DNA of 64,000 nt from the IMG/VR virus record IMGVR_UViG_3300045978_000284, positions 1-64,000 of that record; one strand, 5' to 3'. A model generated the notes under the pieces. It searched no databases. It had not been told where the DNA came from and was given only the letters and a program-made list of their open reading frames with translations. Positions within the stretch are counted from its first letter, which is position 1, and every line of letters starts with the position of its first letter. Both the position numbers and the translations under genes were made by a program. The DNA is from a virus. This document shows, piece by piece, positions 47,736-57,900 of this stretch.

Positions 47736-48509
47736 ATGGGCAAGTTGCTCGTTCAGCTGCGCAAGGATCTCGCCCTCGCCGAGGACGCGACGGTCGTCGA
47801 GGTCATGGACCACATGGGCCGCATGCTCGCGGACGACATGACCGAGGAGGAGAAGAAGAAGGCCGAGGAAGAGGCCGCCGCCGCCAATGCGGCGAAGAGC
47901 GCCGAGGAGGAGGCCAAGAAGGAAGAGGACAAGGAGATGTCGGAGGTGCGCGCGCTGCTCAAGATCGCCAAGCCGAAGCCGGGCGCGATCCTGACGGCGG
48001 TGCGGACTCTCACGACGTCGGCCTCCGACCACGTGCTCTCGGAGACCGCGCTGGGCCGCGAGCTTGCCGAGCTGCGCCTGTCCCACAAGGAGCTGTCAGA
48101 TCAGGTCGAGGAGCTGCGCCCCGCGGCCGCGGAAGCGACGCGCCTGGCGGCCGAGGCGAAGGCCACCAAGAAGGCCACCTTCTTCGATCGCCAGCTCCAC
48201 GAGGGCAAGCTGAAGCCGGCGGAGCGGTCGTTCTATGAGGCCCAGTACGACCTCAACGAGGACGCGGTGGTCAAGTTCTTCGGCGAGCGCAAGCCGGAGA
48301 TCAAGCTCGGCCAGTGGCCGTCGGTCAATCGCCCGGTCGAGGAGCCCGCGGCCGGGGATCCGCGCGAGCGGGTGCTGGCCGAGGCGCAGAAGCTCGCCCT
48401 CGCCGAGAAGATTCCGCTCGACCAGGCCGTGCACCGCGTGACGGCCCAGGACCACGAGCTGGCCGAATCGGTGCGGGGCATGTACGGCCCGGCGGGCGTC
48501 CGCCGGTAA
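47736..48509 (+). CDS. Capsid scaffolding protein (Mu gpZ-like)
   Basis: Coiled-coil EK-rich sequence, EGKLKPAE motif typical of the gpI C-terminal scaffold; upstream of decoration and capsid genes. Confidence 0.75.
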   Translation: MGKLLVQLRKDLALAEDATVVEVMDHMGRMLADDMTEEEKKKAEEEAAAANAAKSAEEEAKKEEDKEMSEVRALLKIAKPKPGAILTAVRTLTTSASDHVLSETALGRELAELRLSHKELSDQVEELRPAAAEATRLAAEAKATKKATFFDRQLHEGKLKPAERSFYEAQYDLNEDAVVKFFGERKPEIKLGQWPSVNRPVEEPAAGDPRERVLAEAQKLALAEKIPLDQAVHRVTAQDHELAESVRGMYGPAGVRR

Positions 48510-48542
48510 TCATCCGGCTCAGCCGGGGAAGGAGGAACCACC

Positions 48543-48947
48543 ATGACGGCAGGAATGGGCACTCTGGCGAACCCTTCGGTGGGGAACGCCAACGTCGACC
48601 TCAGCGGGTCGGTGTACCGCTTCGTCAAGCGGCTCAGCACGGGGCTCATCGACCTGACGACGGCCGCGGCCGATCTCCCGGTCGGCGTGCTGTTCAACAA
48701 GCCCAAGGCGGGTGAGGCGGTCAACTGCTTCACGGTCGACGGGGGCATCGTCAAGATGATCTGGGACGGGGTGGCGGGCACGCCCCTGGTCCCGGGCGTC
48801 GCGTTGAAGCTCTCGGCGGCCTCGCCGGGCGCGGTGACGCCCACGGTGACGGCCACCGACAAGGTGGTGGCCGTGCTCGAGGACGCCAACGGCGCCACCG
48901 CGGTCGGTCACGTCATCACGGCTCAGCTCAAGGGCGGCACGCTGTAA
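48543..48947 (+). CDS. Capsid decoration/cement protein (DUF2190-like)
   Basis: DLS..YRFVK..GVLFNKPKAGE..A.LEDA; located between scaffold and capsid genes. Confidence 0.75.
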   Translation: MTAGMGTLANPSVGNANVDLSGSVYRFVKRLSTGLIDLTTAAADLPVGVLFNKPKAGEAVNCFTVDGGIVKMIWDGVAGTPLVPGVALKLSAASPGAVTPTVTATDKVVAVLEDANGATAVGHVITAQLKGGTL

Positions 48948-49010
48948 CGCCCTCGTGCCGGCGGCCCCCGACGCCGGCACGCACCCAGGGGAGAAAGTTG
49001 AGGCGCACGA

Positions 49011-49952
49011 ATGCCTCCGGCACGGCTCGACCCACGTGATGTGCGTATCGACCCGCTGCTGTCGTCGATCTCGGTGGCGTATGTGAACCGGGCCTACATC
49101 GCCCCGGGGATCGCGCCGGTCATCCCGAGCGACCTCGACGGCGGTCGGTACACGGAGTACAACCAGGCGGACTGGTTCCGGAACGAAGCGTCCAAGCGCG
49201 CGGCCGGCACGCGCTCGCGACGCGGCGAGTACGGGATCACCTTCTCGACCTACTTCTGCGAGGAAGTGGCGTTCTCGCGGGAAATCCCGGACGAGATCCG
49301 GCAGAACGCGATGCAGCCGATCCGTCCCGACACCGACGCCACCAACTACGCCACGGACAAGGTCATGCTGGCGAAGGAGGTGCGGGTCGCCACCAAGATG
49401 CGGACGGCGGCCAACTGGCCCGGCTCGGTGGCCCTGACCGGCACCAACCGCTGGAACGACTACGCGAACAGCGATCCCATCTCTGACGTCGAGGCGGGGA
49501 TCGACCTGATCCACGGCCGCACGGGGTACGACGTCAACACGATGGTCCTGCCCCATCCGGTGTGGAAGAAGCTCAAGCATCACCCGGACATCATCGACCG
49601 CATCAAGTACAGCCAGCGCGGCTTCGTGAACGTGGAGCTGCTGCAGGAGCTGTTCGAGGTCGAGCGGATCATGGTGGCCAAGCCCGTGTACACCCAGAGC
49701 AACGAAGGGCTGGCGGCCGGCGCCGAGACCTACCAGTACGTGTGGGGCAAGGACGTCTGGCTCGGCTACATCACGGGCAATCCGGGCATCCAGGAACCGA
49801 CGGCGATGTACCAGTTCGTGAGCGGCCAGCGGGCCACGCGCACCTGGCGGGAAGAGCCCGAGCACCAGGACGTGGTCGAGGCCTACGAGAAGGTGGACGA
49901 GAAGGTGATCAGCCAGCTGCTGGGCTATCTGATCGCCACCGCGATCGACTAG
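49011..49952 (+). CDS. Major capsid protein (HK97 fold)
   Basis: IDPLLSSISVAY.N, RWNDYANSDPI.DV, NTMVL...VWKKLKHHP.I, YVWGKDV. Confidence 0.88.
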   Translation: MPPARLDPRDVRIDPLLSSISVAYVNRAYIAPGIAPVIPSDLDGGRYTEYNQADWFRNEASKRAAGTRSRRGEYGITFSTYFCEEVAFSREIPDEIRQNAMQPIRPDTDATNYATDKVMLAKEVRVATKMRTAANWPGSVALTGTNRWNDYANSDPISDVEAGIDLIHGRTGYDVNTMVLPHPVWKKLKHHPDIIDRIKYSQRGFVNVELLQELFEVERIMVAKPVYTQSNEGLAAGAETYQYVWGKDVWLGYITGNPGIQEPTAMYQFVSGQRATRTWREEPEHQDVVEAYEKVDEKVISQLLGYLIATAID

Positions 49953-50028
49953 CAGCACCGCGCTTCAGGCGGGCGCAGGATCTGCGGACAGGGGACCGTC
50001 CGTTCCCGCCTCGCGCAGGAGAGACACG

Positions 50029-50628
50029 ATGCAGATGCTGGTGACGAAGGACATGACGGCCGCCGGGGTGCGGTACAAGGCCGGCGACCTGTTCAACGTG
50101 CTGGGGGTGCAGCATCGCCAGTTCTTCGGCGACAGCCTGATGCCCATCACGGACCCGGATCTCATCAAGGCCGCCCGGCTCGGCCAGAACTGGTACACGG
50201 TGGTCGCCCCGTTCCGATGGGCGCGCCACGACTACGCGGCGGGCGATCTGATGCGCGTCGAGGAGCGCTCGATGCTGCGGCGCCTGCCCAAGACCGAGGA
50301 CGGCCAGTCGAGCGTGCGCCCCGCGACGGGCGACGAAGTGGTCGCGTGGTACCGTCGGATCCAGGCCACAGGAGCGCTCCCAGAGGACACGGGGGCACGG
50401 GATGCCGGATTCGACGCGACCGGCGAGGACGACGACGAAGACGACGCGGGCCCGCCCCTCGTGGCCTCCGGGCGCATCGACGCGGAAACGCAGCCGGGTG
50501 AGCCCGACGACGACGAGGACGACGACGAGGACGACGACGACGAGGACGAGGACGACGGGGGCACGGTGACTCAGCCGCCGCCGCCGGCCCCGGCCGGTCG
50601 TTCCAGGGGGCGACGAGGGCGCCACTGA
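50029..50628 (+). CDS. Hypothetical head-associated protein with an acidic tract
   Basis: Two Y.AGDL repeats; poly-Asp/Glu stretch at 50506-50556. Confidence 0.55.
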   Translation: MQMLVTKDMTAAGVRYKAGDLFNVLGVQHRQFFGDSLMPITDPDLIKAARLGQNWYTVVAPFRWARHDYAAGDLMRVEERSMLRRLPKTEDGQSSVRPATGDEVVAWYRRIQATGALPEDTGARDAGFDATGEDDDEDDAGPPLVASGRIDAETQPGEPDDDEDDDEDDDDEDEDDGGTVTQPPPPAPAGRSRGRRGRH

Positions 50629-51131
50629 TGCGCTACTGCGAGATCCAGGACGTCCAGGCGCTGCGGACGAACCACCCCATCACCCCTTCGTCCAAGCCCT
50701 CGACCAACGACGTCCAGACGATCATCGAGAACCTCACCTCCCGGGTGAACGGGCGGCTCTCGTCGGCGGGATACATCGTGCCGATCACCGGACCCGCGTC
50801 GCTGGAGTACCTGCGCTCGATGGTGGCGTTCGGCGCCGCCGGGATCATCCAGGACTCCCAAGCCGCCGGGATCGCGCCGGAGCTGCATGGCGTCAACGTC
50901 GAGAATCGCTACTGGAACACCTTCGAGGTCATGCTCGAGGAGTCGGTCAGCGTCGACGGGGTGCTGTCGGACGCGCCGCGCGGCCAGGGCGAATCGAGCG
51001 CCGGCGCCAACGGGCGGCCGCTGCCAGAGAGCTTCTTCACGCGCTACCCGGACGCCAACCCGGACTCGGGCCAGTTCGGCCGCCTCTCGGGGACCGCGGT
51101 CAACCGCTTCCAGATCGGGAAGCAATACTGA
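50628..51131 (+). CDS. Head-tail adaptor protein
   Basis: MRYCEIQDVQ..VNGRL...GY.VPI pattern; position after the capsid gene. Confidence 0.7.
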   Translation: MRYCEIQDVQALRTNHPITPSSKPSTNDVQTIIENLTSRVNGRLSSAGYIVPITGPASLEYLRSMVAFGAAGIIQDSQAAGIAPELHGVNVENRYWNTFEVMLEESVSVDGVLSDAPRGQGESSAGANGRPLPESFFTRYPDANPDSGQFGRLSGTAVNRFQIGKQY

Positions 51132-51583
51132 TGCTGGAGATCGCGTTCACCACCAAGGGCGAGGATCCGGCGGCGTTCGTGCTCCGCTTCGAGCGGACGA
51201 CGGAGCGCGTGGTCAACTTTCGCCCGGCCTTCATGGAGATCGCCCGGGCCCACGGGCTCTACATGGACGAGGTGTTCACGACCGAGGGGCGGACCGGCCT
51301 CGGCCAGTGGCGGGAACTAACTCCGAGCTACTCGAGGTGGAAGGAGCGGGCCTACCCGGGGATGCCGATCGGCACGCGCACGGGCGATCTGCGCCGCGAC
51401 GCCGGGCGCGCGGTGATGGCGGGGTCTAACCGGATCCTCATGGGCCCCCAGGCGGTGGCCTACGCGCCCTTCTTCAACGCGGAGCGTCCCTTCCTGCCGA
51501 TCAATGAGCGCCAGGAGCGCATGTACCGGGAGATCTTCCGGCGTCACGTGCTGGACGCCATCCACGGGGCCCGAGGTGCCTGA
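51131..51583 (+). CDS. Virion morphogenesis protein (Mu gpG-like)
   Basis: F..EG....W..L.PSY..WK, TG.LRR, YA.F.N..RPFL. Confidence 0.75.
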   Translation: MLEIAFTTKGEDPAAFVLRFERTTERVVNFRPAFMEIARAHGLYMDEVFTTEGRTGLGQWRELTPSYSRWKERAYPGMPIGTRTGDLRRDAGRAVMAGSNRILMGPQAVAYAPFFNAERPFLPINERQERMYREIFRRHVLDAIHGARGA

Positions 51584-52074
51584 TGCCGCCCCGCATGTTC
51601 GAGGCGATCGCCACGAGCCTCCGGGACCTGCTGGTGGCCGAGCTACCGGCCCAGATCGACGCGCTCAACGCGGACCGGGCCGACGACATCGTGCTCGACC
51701 ACATCAAGGACGTGATCATCGGGGAGCGCCTGGCCCTCAACTGGCCGGCGCTCTGGGTGCACGTCGATCGCTCCCGGGTGCCGTCCGATCGGCCGGACAT
51801 GCGCCAGCTCGGGCTGGAGGGTGTGGGGGACTGGGTCTACATGGCGAGCGTCGCCATCGCGGTCACGGATCCCGACAACCCGGACAACCTGCGGCTGCGC
51901 CTCTACCGCTACGCCGAAGCCTTGGCCCTGATCGTCCGGGAGCACATGTACCACCAGACCGGGTGGTACTTCGCGCTCGGCATGGACATCTCGCTGAGCA
52001 CGGCCGGGTGGGTGCGCCAGTCGCTCTGGCGACAAGACGTCCAGTTGCAGGTGGAAATCCACCGCGCTGACTAG
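51583..52074 (+). CDS. Tail terminator/completion protein
   Basis: Position; WPALWV and LYRYAEAL pattern. Confidence 0.6.
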   Translation: MPPRMFEAIATSLRDLLVAELPAQIDALNADRADDIVLDHIKDVIIGERLALNWPALWVHVDRSRVPSDRPDMRQLGLEGVGDWVYMASVAIAVTDPDNPDNLRLRLYRYAEALALIVREHMYHQTGWYFALGMDISLSTAGWVRQSLWRQDVQLQVEIHRAD

Positions 52075-52083
52075 GAGGAGACC

Positions 52084-52287
52084 ATGCCCCCGTTCAACCC
52101 TGGCGATCAGGTGACGGTCCCGAGCGGACCCGAGGTGCTGACGGTCGTTCCCTCGAAGCCTGGTGATCCCGCGGGATACGTCCGGGTGGACGTGCGCGCG
52201 GCCGATCCGGCGTCACCGCCCTACGAAGGCCCGGACACCGGGCCGCATGCGCTCTACGCGGAAGGCGACGTCACCCCCAGCCCCTAA
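52084..52287 (+). CDS. Small hypothetical protein
   Basis: AGGAGG RBS; FNPGDQV..SG. Confidence 0.5.
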   Translation: MPPFNPGDQVTVPSGPEVLTVVPSKPGDPAGYVRVDVRAADPASPPYEGPDTGPHALYAEGDVTPSP

Positions 52288-52314
52288 CGAGACGCGACCG
52301 AGGAGGAAGAACCT

Positions 52315-53289
52315 ATGGCGGCGCCTGCCGTTCCGCTAGTCGAACGAAGGACCATCGCGCTCAAGATCGAGACGGTGTACGGCACGGACGTCTTCGCGGG
52401 GACCGTGACCCTGGCGGACGTGATGGAAGCCTACGAGATCATGCCCGAGAGCGGACCGCAGAACGTCGACATCCCGACGATGGGCGGTCTTCTGACGAAC
52501 CTCGGGTCGGTGCCCGGAACGCGGATCGGTCAGGTCAGCTTCGCCATGATGCTGCGCGGCGGCGGGTCGGCCTACAGCACGACCGTCAAGCCCGCGGTGG
52601 ATGTCGCCCTCCGGGCGTGCGGCATGCTGGGGACGTTCTCGGCCACGCCGACCCCGAACTGGGTCTACACCCCGAAGTCCACGGGCTTCGAGGCGGTCAC
52701 CTGTTACGTGATGAACGAGTACGGCCCGACCGTGAAGCTGACCGGTGCCTTCGGGAGCGGCCAGATCATGTTCTCGATGGGGCGGCCGGTCATCATGCGG
52801 GTCACCCTGCAGGGGATCTACACGACGGAAACGGACACCCCGACCATCGTGACCAAGGCGGTGAGCACGTCGCCGGCCTGGCCGACGTTCCTGAACGCGG
52901 CCGCGGTGTGGGGGGCTTACAGCCCCGTCCTGGCGAACGCGAGCCTCAACTTCGGCAACTCGCTCGACGTCATCGAGTCGGCCAACAACGCGGCGGGCAT
53001 CGCCGGCGTCATCTTCGGCACGCGTCGCCCATCGGGCTCCATCGACCCAGCGGTGACCGTGCGGGGCGCCAGCGGCTTCGACTTCATCGCGGACTGGGAA
53101 GCGGCCACGCCGCGCCTGGTGGCCTGGGGCACCAACGGTGTGCAGTACCAGCGCTGCAAGGTGGAAGCCCCGCGGGCCGTCATCCGGTCGCGGCCCTGGA
53201 TCGCGCGAGGCACGAAGGCGGCCTGGCAGCTCGGCTTCGACTGCACGCCGAATCTCGGCGATGACGATTATAAGATCACCTTTGATTGA
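52315..53289 (+). CDS. Major tail (tube) protein
   Basis: IALKIETVYGTD, ALRACG, YTPKS, ITF C-terminus; no sheath gene seen. Confidence 0.8.
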   Translation: MAAPAVPLVERRTIALKIETVYGTDVFAGTVTLADVMEAYEIMPESGPQNVDIPTMGGLLTNLGSVPGTRIGQVSFAMMLRGGGSAYSTTVKPAVDVALRACGMLGTFSATPTPNWVYTPKSTGFEAVTCYVMNEYGPTVKLTGAFGSGQIMFSMGRPVIMRVTLQGIYTTETDTPTIVTKAVSTSPAWPTFLNAAAVWGAYSPVLANASLNFGNSLDVIESANNAAGIAGVIFGTRRPSGSIDPAVTVRGASGFDFIADWEAATPRLVAWGTNGVQYQRCKVEAPRAVIRSRPWIARGTKAAWQLGFDCTPNLGDDDYKITFD

Positions 53290-53438
53290 CTACTGAGTAC
53301 TTTTCGCTTGACTAAGCGATGAGCGACAAAGAGCGCGAGGGCCCGTTCCGCCGGCTGTTCTCCGCCTGCATCCGCGGGACGGCTGCCCTCCTGCGGTGGA
53401 TCGCGGGTCGGTCGGGCGAGAAGCCGAAGGACGGCTGA

Positions 53439-53648
53439 AATGGCCGGGCCATGGTGGTGGCCTCGATCCTCGCGGCGCTGCTGCTGACGGGGTGTGGCGT
53501 ACACTTGGCGAGCGACGCCGAGTCGTCGGTCGTCTCGGCGTGCGGCAACATTCACATGGCGCATCGGCTCCTGATCGAGAAGGGGACCGTCGTGCGGATC
53601 ACGCAGTCGTGCTCGGTCATCATCGAGCAGCAGCGCGACGAGCCGTGA
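53439..53648 (+). CDS. Small lipoprotein (start uncertain, 53439 or 53451)
   Basis: ILAALLLTGC lipobox. Confidence 0.5.
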   Translation, partial: NGRAMVVASILAALLLTGCGVHLASDAESSVVSACGNIHMAHRLLIEKGTVVRITQSCSVIIEQQRDEP

Positions 53649-53736
53649 CGATCAGGGGGCTCATCGTCGCCGCCGGTCTGCACAGCTGAAACTGCCAGTA
53701 CCATAGGCGCGACCGAAGGGCATCTGGAGGCCATCT

Positions 53737-54402
53737 GTGAGTGATACGACGAACGGACTGCCGCCCGGCGCGGTCGTCCTCACCGAGGAGATGTTCGACA
53801 AGACCTGGCACGAGTGGGTCCGCCTGCCAGGCCTGAGCGCGCGCGTGTCCAGGATGACCACCACCCAGCTGCTGCTGCGCGGGTTCCTGCGACCGCCGCG
53901 CGAGTGGGACCCGGTCGAGGTCGAGCGCGTGAAGGTGCTCGCCCTGGCCGCCCGACCGCCGATCGAGGAGGGCGCCGAGACCGAACCGGTGGAGGAGAAC
54001 GAGCTGCTGGAGGCTCGCGCCCAGGAGCTCCGCCGGGACGGCGTGCACGTCGAGATCGGCATGGTGGGCTTTGCCGAGGTCGTGTCCTTCCAGCCCGTGA
54101 TCCCGGGCTCCGAGGCGTGGCCGCCAGAGCATCGCCAGCAGCTGGCCGGCCAGTGGTTTCAGGCCCAGCCGCCCGAGGTCCAGGAGGCCCATCTGGAGGC
54201 ACTCCTGCAGGCGCAGTACCGGATGGTGTCGGCGGGACTCCTGACGCCGCAACTCCGGCCCGACCAGGTGGTGCGCTACAAGGACGACGCGTTCTACCTC
54301 GCAGCGCGGATCGCCGACCTGTCGGGGGTGGGGTTCGGGGCTCCCGCGGCCGAGCCCGCCGCGCCGGCCCCCGACCCTGGACGAGACGCCCCGGACGCCT
54401 GA
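53737..54402 (+). CDS. Tail assembly chaperone
   Basis: GGAGG RBS, GTG start; between tube and tape measure genes. Confidence 0.6.
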   Translation: MSDTTNGLPPGAVVLTEEMFDKTWHEWVRLPGLSARVSRMTTTQLLLRGFLRPPREWDPVEVERVKVLALAARPPIEEGAETEPVEENELLEARAQELRRDGVHVEIGMVGFAEVVSFQPVIPGSEAWPPEHRQQLAGQWFQAQPPEVQEAHLEALLQAQYRMVSAGLLTPQLRPDQVVRYKDDAFYLAARIADLSGVGFGAPAAEPAAPAPDPGRDAPDA

Positions 54403-54451
54403 CGGCTGGTACGAGCTGCCCTTCCGGTCGCGCCGGTTCGGGCAGCCCGTC

Positions 54452-54913
54452 ATGGTCCGTCTCCGCGAGGTCTCCGTCGACGAGCTGCTCGAGGCGGGGA
54501 TGCCGGACCAGGTGTGCGATCCCTACGGGGTGACCTACCGGGCCATGGATGCCGACGAGCAGGTGGCGCTGCGCCTGTCCTGGGAGCACTGGATGAACCG
54601 GCTCCTGGCCACCGCCATCGAGGAACCCGCTTTCCTGCGCGACGAGCGGAAGATCAACCTGATGGGCCCGGACCGGGATCGGGTCGGCTACGCGATGCTG
54701 CGCCGCTGGGGGATCCTCTCGGACACGCCCGGGCGGCTCGATACGACGATGAAGCGCCGCCACTTCCTCGGCATGGTGCAGCGGTTCTCGCTCCGGATGC
54801 GCATGCTCCCGACGGACGTGCTCGCCATGCCGGCCAGCAAGTTCTGGCGAAACTACCTGATCCTGTTCGGCGACTTCGGGTCTCCCGACGAGGAGGTGAT
54901 GCGCGGTGCCTGA
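54452..54913 (+). CDS. Second tail assembly chaperone (possibly a frameshift extension)
   Basis: Frame stays open well upstream of the ATG and overlaps the previous gene; LPTDVL..P C-terminal pattern typical of GT-like chaperones. Confidence 0.55.
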   Translation: MVRLREVSVDELLEAGMPDQVCDPYGVTYRAMDADEQVALRLSWEHWMNRLLATAIEEPAFLRDERKINLMGPDRDRVGYAMLRRWGILSDTPGRLDTTMKRRHFLGMVQRFSLRMRMLPTDVLAMPASKFWRNYLILFGDFGSPDEEVMRGA

Positions 54914-57900
54914 CGAACGGCTGATGTACGAGGTGCAGGCCACCTGGCGGGACAACGCCACCCAGGGCATCCGCGAGTTCCAGCAGCAGCTCGCCACCAC
55001 GACGAAGAACACCGTCGACTGGATGGCGACGACGCGAGATGCCATCCCGATCGCCGGGCAGCTCCAGCAGCGATGGAACGAGGTCGCGCTGGCGATGCGC
55101 AACGTGGCGCCGTCGATCGCCCAGACCATGACCAACCTGACGTCGCTGCACGGCGTCATCCAGCTGGGGGCCCGGCTGATCACAGACCGGATCACCGCGA
55201 CCAACAAGGCCGCGGAGAGCCAGGCTCAGTGGAACATCTCGATTCGCAGCATGACGATGGACGCGTTCGAGGCGGAGCTGGCCTCGGCCAACCGCTCACT
55301 CGAAGAGTTCACGGTCCGCAGCGAGAGCTTCCTCGGGCGCCTGGTCAACGCCTGGACCGATGCCAAGAAAAAGTTCCAGGAAGGCCAGACGACCCGCGAA
55401 CAGTTCCAGGCCGCCCAGCAACAGTTCAACGAAGCGTTTACCCTACGCGAGCTACCGCAGCTGCAGATCCGCGACCAGCTGGAGATGCTCGCCATCCAGC
55501 GACGCATGGCCGAGGCCAAGCGGGACGCATCCCGGACCGAGCAGGAAGCCGCCCAGCACGAGCGGGAGCGCGTGCTCATCATGCGCCAGCAGCGCGAGCT
55601 GCAGCTCGAGCTGGAGCGGATCGAGCTGCGCCGCCAGATCGCCGCCTCCCAGGCCATGGGGCAGACGGCCCGAGCAGAGTACTACCAGGGGCGCCTGGCT
55701 CGGGTGGACCAAGCGGGGGTCGCCGCCCAGCAGATCGAGGATCTCGAACGCCAGCCGCGACGCGGCACCGTGACGGGCACGGGCACGGTCAGCTTCCGGG
55801 AAGGCCGCCAGCTGATCGCGCCGGCGGTCGCCGCGCTGGCGCCCGAGTTTGCCGGCCCGGTCTTCCAGGGCGCCCAGGCCCTGCGCCTCGGCGGCTTCGT
55901 CGCGGCCTCGGGAGCGATGGGCGCCGGCATCGCCCTCGGTGCGATCGGCGTCGGCGTGACGGCGCTCGCCGCGTACATGAACGCCGCGAACGAGGCGGCG
56001 CAGGCGCAGGCCGCGCTGAACCTCGCGGTCCGCTCCTTCGATGTGAGCGGGCTCCATTCCCAGCTGCGCTCGCTCCACGGGGACCTGGAGCTGATCGACG
56101 TCCGTGCGGAGTCGATCACCGGGCACTTCGTCAACATGAGCGCGGCGTTCTACAAGTTCCTGACCGGCATGCCCACGGAGCGCGAGCTGTTCGTCCAGCG
56201 CGCAGCCGCGCTGTCGGCGATTTTCGCCGAGACCGAAGGAGCGGCCGCGACGGCGCGGGCCAACCAGGCGATCATCGGCGGCCAGCAGGCCGGCGTCGGG
56301 GCCCAGCTCGAGGAGGCCCGCTTCCGTCGTGGCCTGGCGGTGTCCCCGGGGGCGATCGCGGGAGCCGTCGGGGTGGAGCGCGGCCTCATGCAGCGCCAGA
56401 CCGAGCTGGAGGTGCAGAGCCTCAACGAACAGCTGCGGGAGCTCGAAGCGCAGCGGCGCAGCCGCCTGAAGCCCATCGAGGATCTCATCCGTCGCTTCGA
56501 GAACATCCCGGGCGGCGACATGGGCGAGCGCGCCGGCCAGATGAGCCGCGACATCGAGGCGCGCCTCAGGTGGGAGATGCGCACCGGCTTCCGGGACCCC
56601 GCGCTCCCGCGATTGAGGGAAGAGCAGCAGACCATGGCGCGGGCCGCCAGAGCGGGCGGGCTCGAACAGCTGCGCACATCGGCGGAGGAAGAGTTCGAGG
56701 GCCGGCGCCAGCAGCTCATCATGCAGCGCGCCGCCGTCGAAGAGCGCGGGGCGACGGCGCGGCGCGGGCTCGACATCGAGCTGCAGCTGGGCAATCTCCA
56801 GCGCATCCAGGAGGGTCTGCAAAGCATCATCTCGGCGCGCACGCTCCTGTCGCAAGGCACCATCGAGGGAGCCCGCTACGAGCGCGGCCGCGCCATCATC
56901 CCCCAGGACATCGAGCGCGCCGGGGCCATCGAACGCGCGGAGATCGTCCAGACGCTGGACCTCGAATCGTGGACGCTCAGGAATCAGCTCACCCAGCTCG
57001 ACGAGGAGCGAAAACTCCGCGGCAGCGAACCCTACGGTCGCCGCGAGGCGCTCGAAACCCAGCTCGACGCCCTGGCCCGCCGCCGGCTGAACGTCCTGCA
57101 GCAGTTCGACGACCGCCTCCAGGCCGAGCGCCAGGCCATGATCGAGGCCATCCGGGTCCGGGAACAGCAAGGCGAGCTGCTGCTCGACTCCGCGCTCTAC
57201 GGTGCGGTGAGCCCCCTGGCCCAGCAGCAAGCGGAGGAATACGGCCAGCGGATCATGGCCGGCCAGGAGCTGCAGCGCACCTACAACCTGCCGGCCATCA
57301 TGGAGCAGCTGCAGGGGCGCATCCCGGAGGCCTTGCGCGAGCGCCTGGGGCGCGCCGCGCCGGCGATCGCCCCGATGGAGATCTCCCAGATCCAGCGCGA
57401 GATGGACTTTCGCGCCCAGCAGGAGCAGTACCGCCTGGCGGGACGCGACCGCGAGATCCAGGCCCGTCAGGAGCAGTTCCAGGCGCTCTACCAGATGGGC
57501 CAGATCACACAGCCCGAGATGTCCCGCGCCGAGATCGCCGGCATGGCGGAGCAGGTCGACGTCCTCACCGACCGCATCCGCGAGCTGAACCGCCAGCGCG
57601 ACGCGCTTGCCGACACCAGCCAGAACCAGGCCCAGCGGGAAGCGCTCGTGGAGGAGACGCGCAAGACCACCGCCGAGATCGAGCGGCTCTACCGGGACAT
57701 GATCGTGTCGATCAAGGAAGTGGGGGACCAGGAGGACCCCTTCGCCGGCGTCATCAAGGGCCTCCAGGACGTGGCCTCCGGCGCCGAACAGTGGGGCACC
57801 CGGATGCGCTCGATCGTGCAGGGCACGGCGTCCGACCTGGGCGGCTTCATGTCGAACAGCTTCTTCACCGTGGTGGACGAGGGATTCAAGGGGCTCGGGC

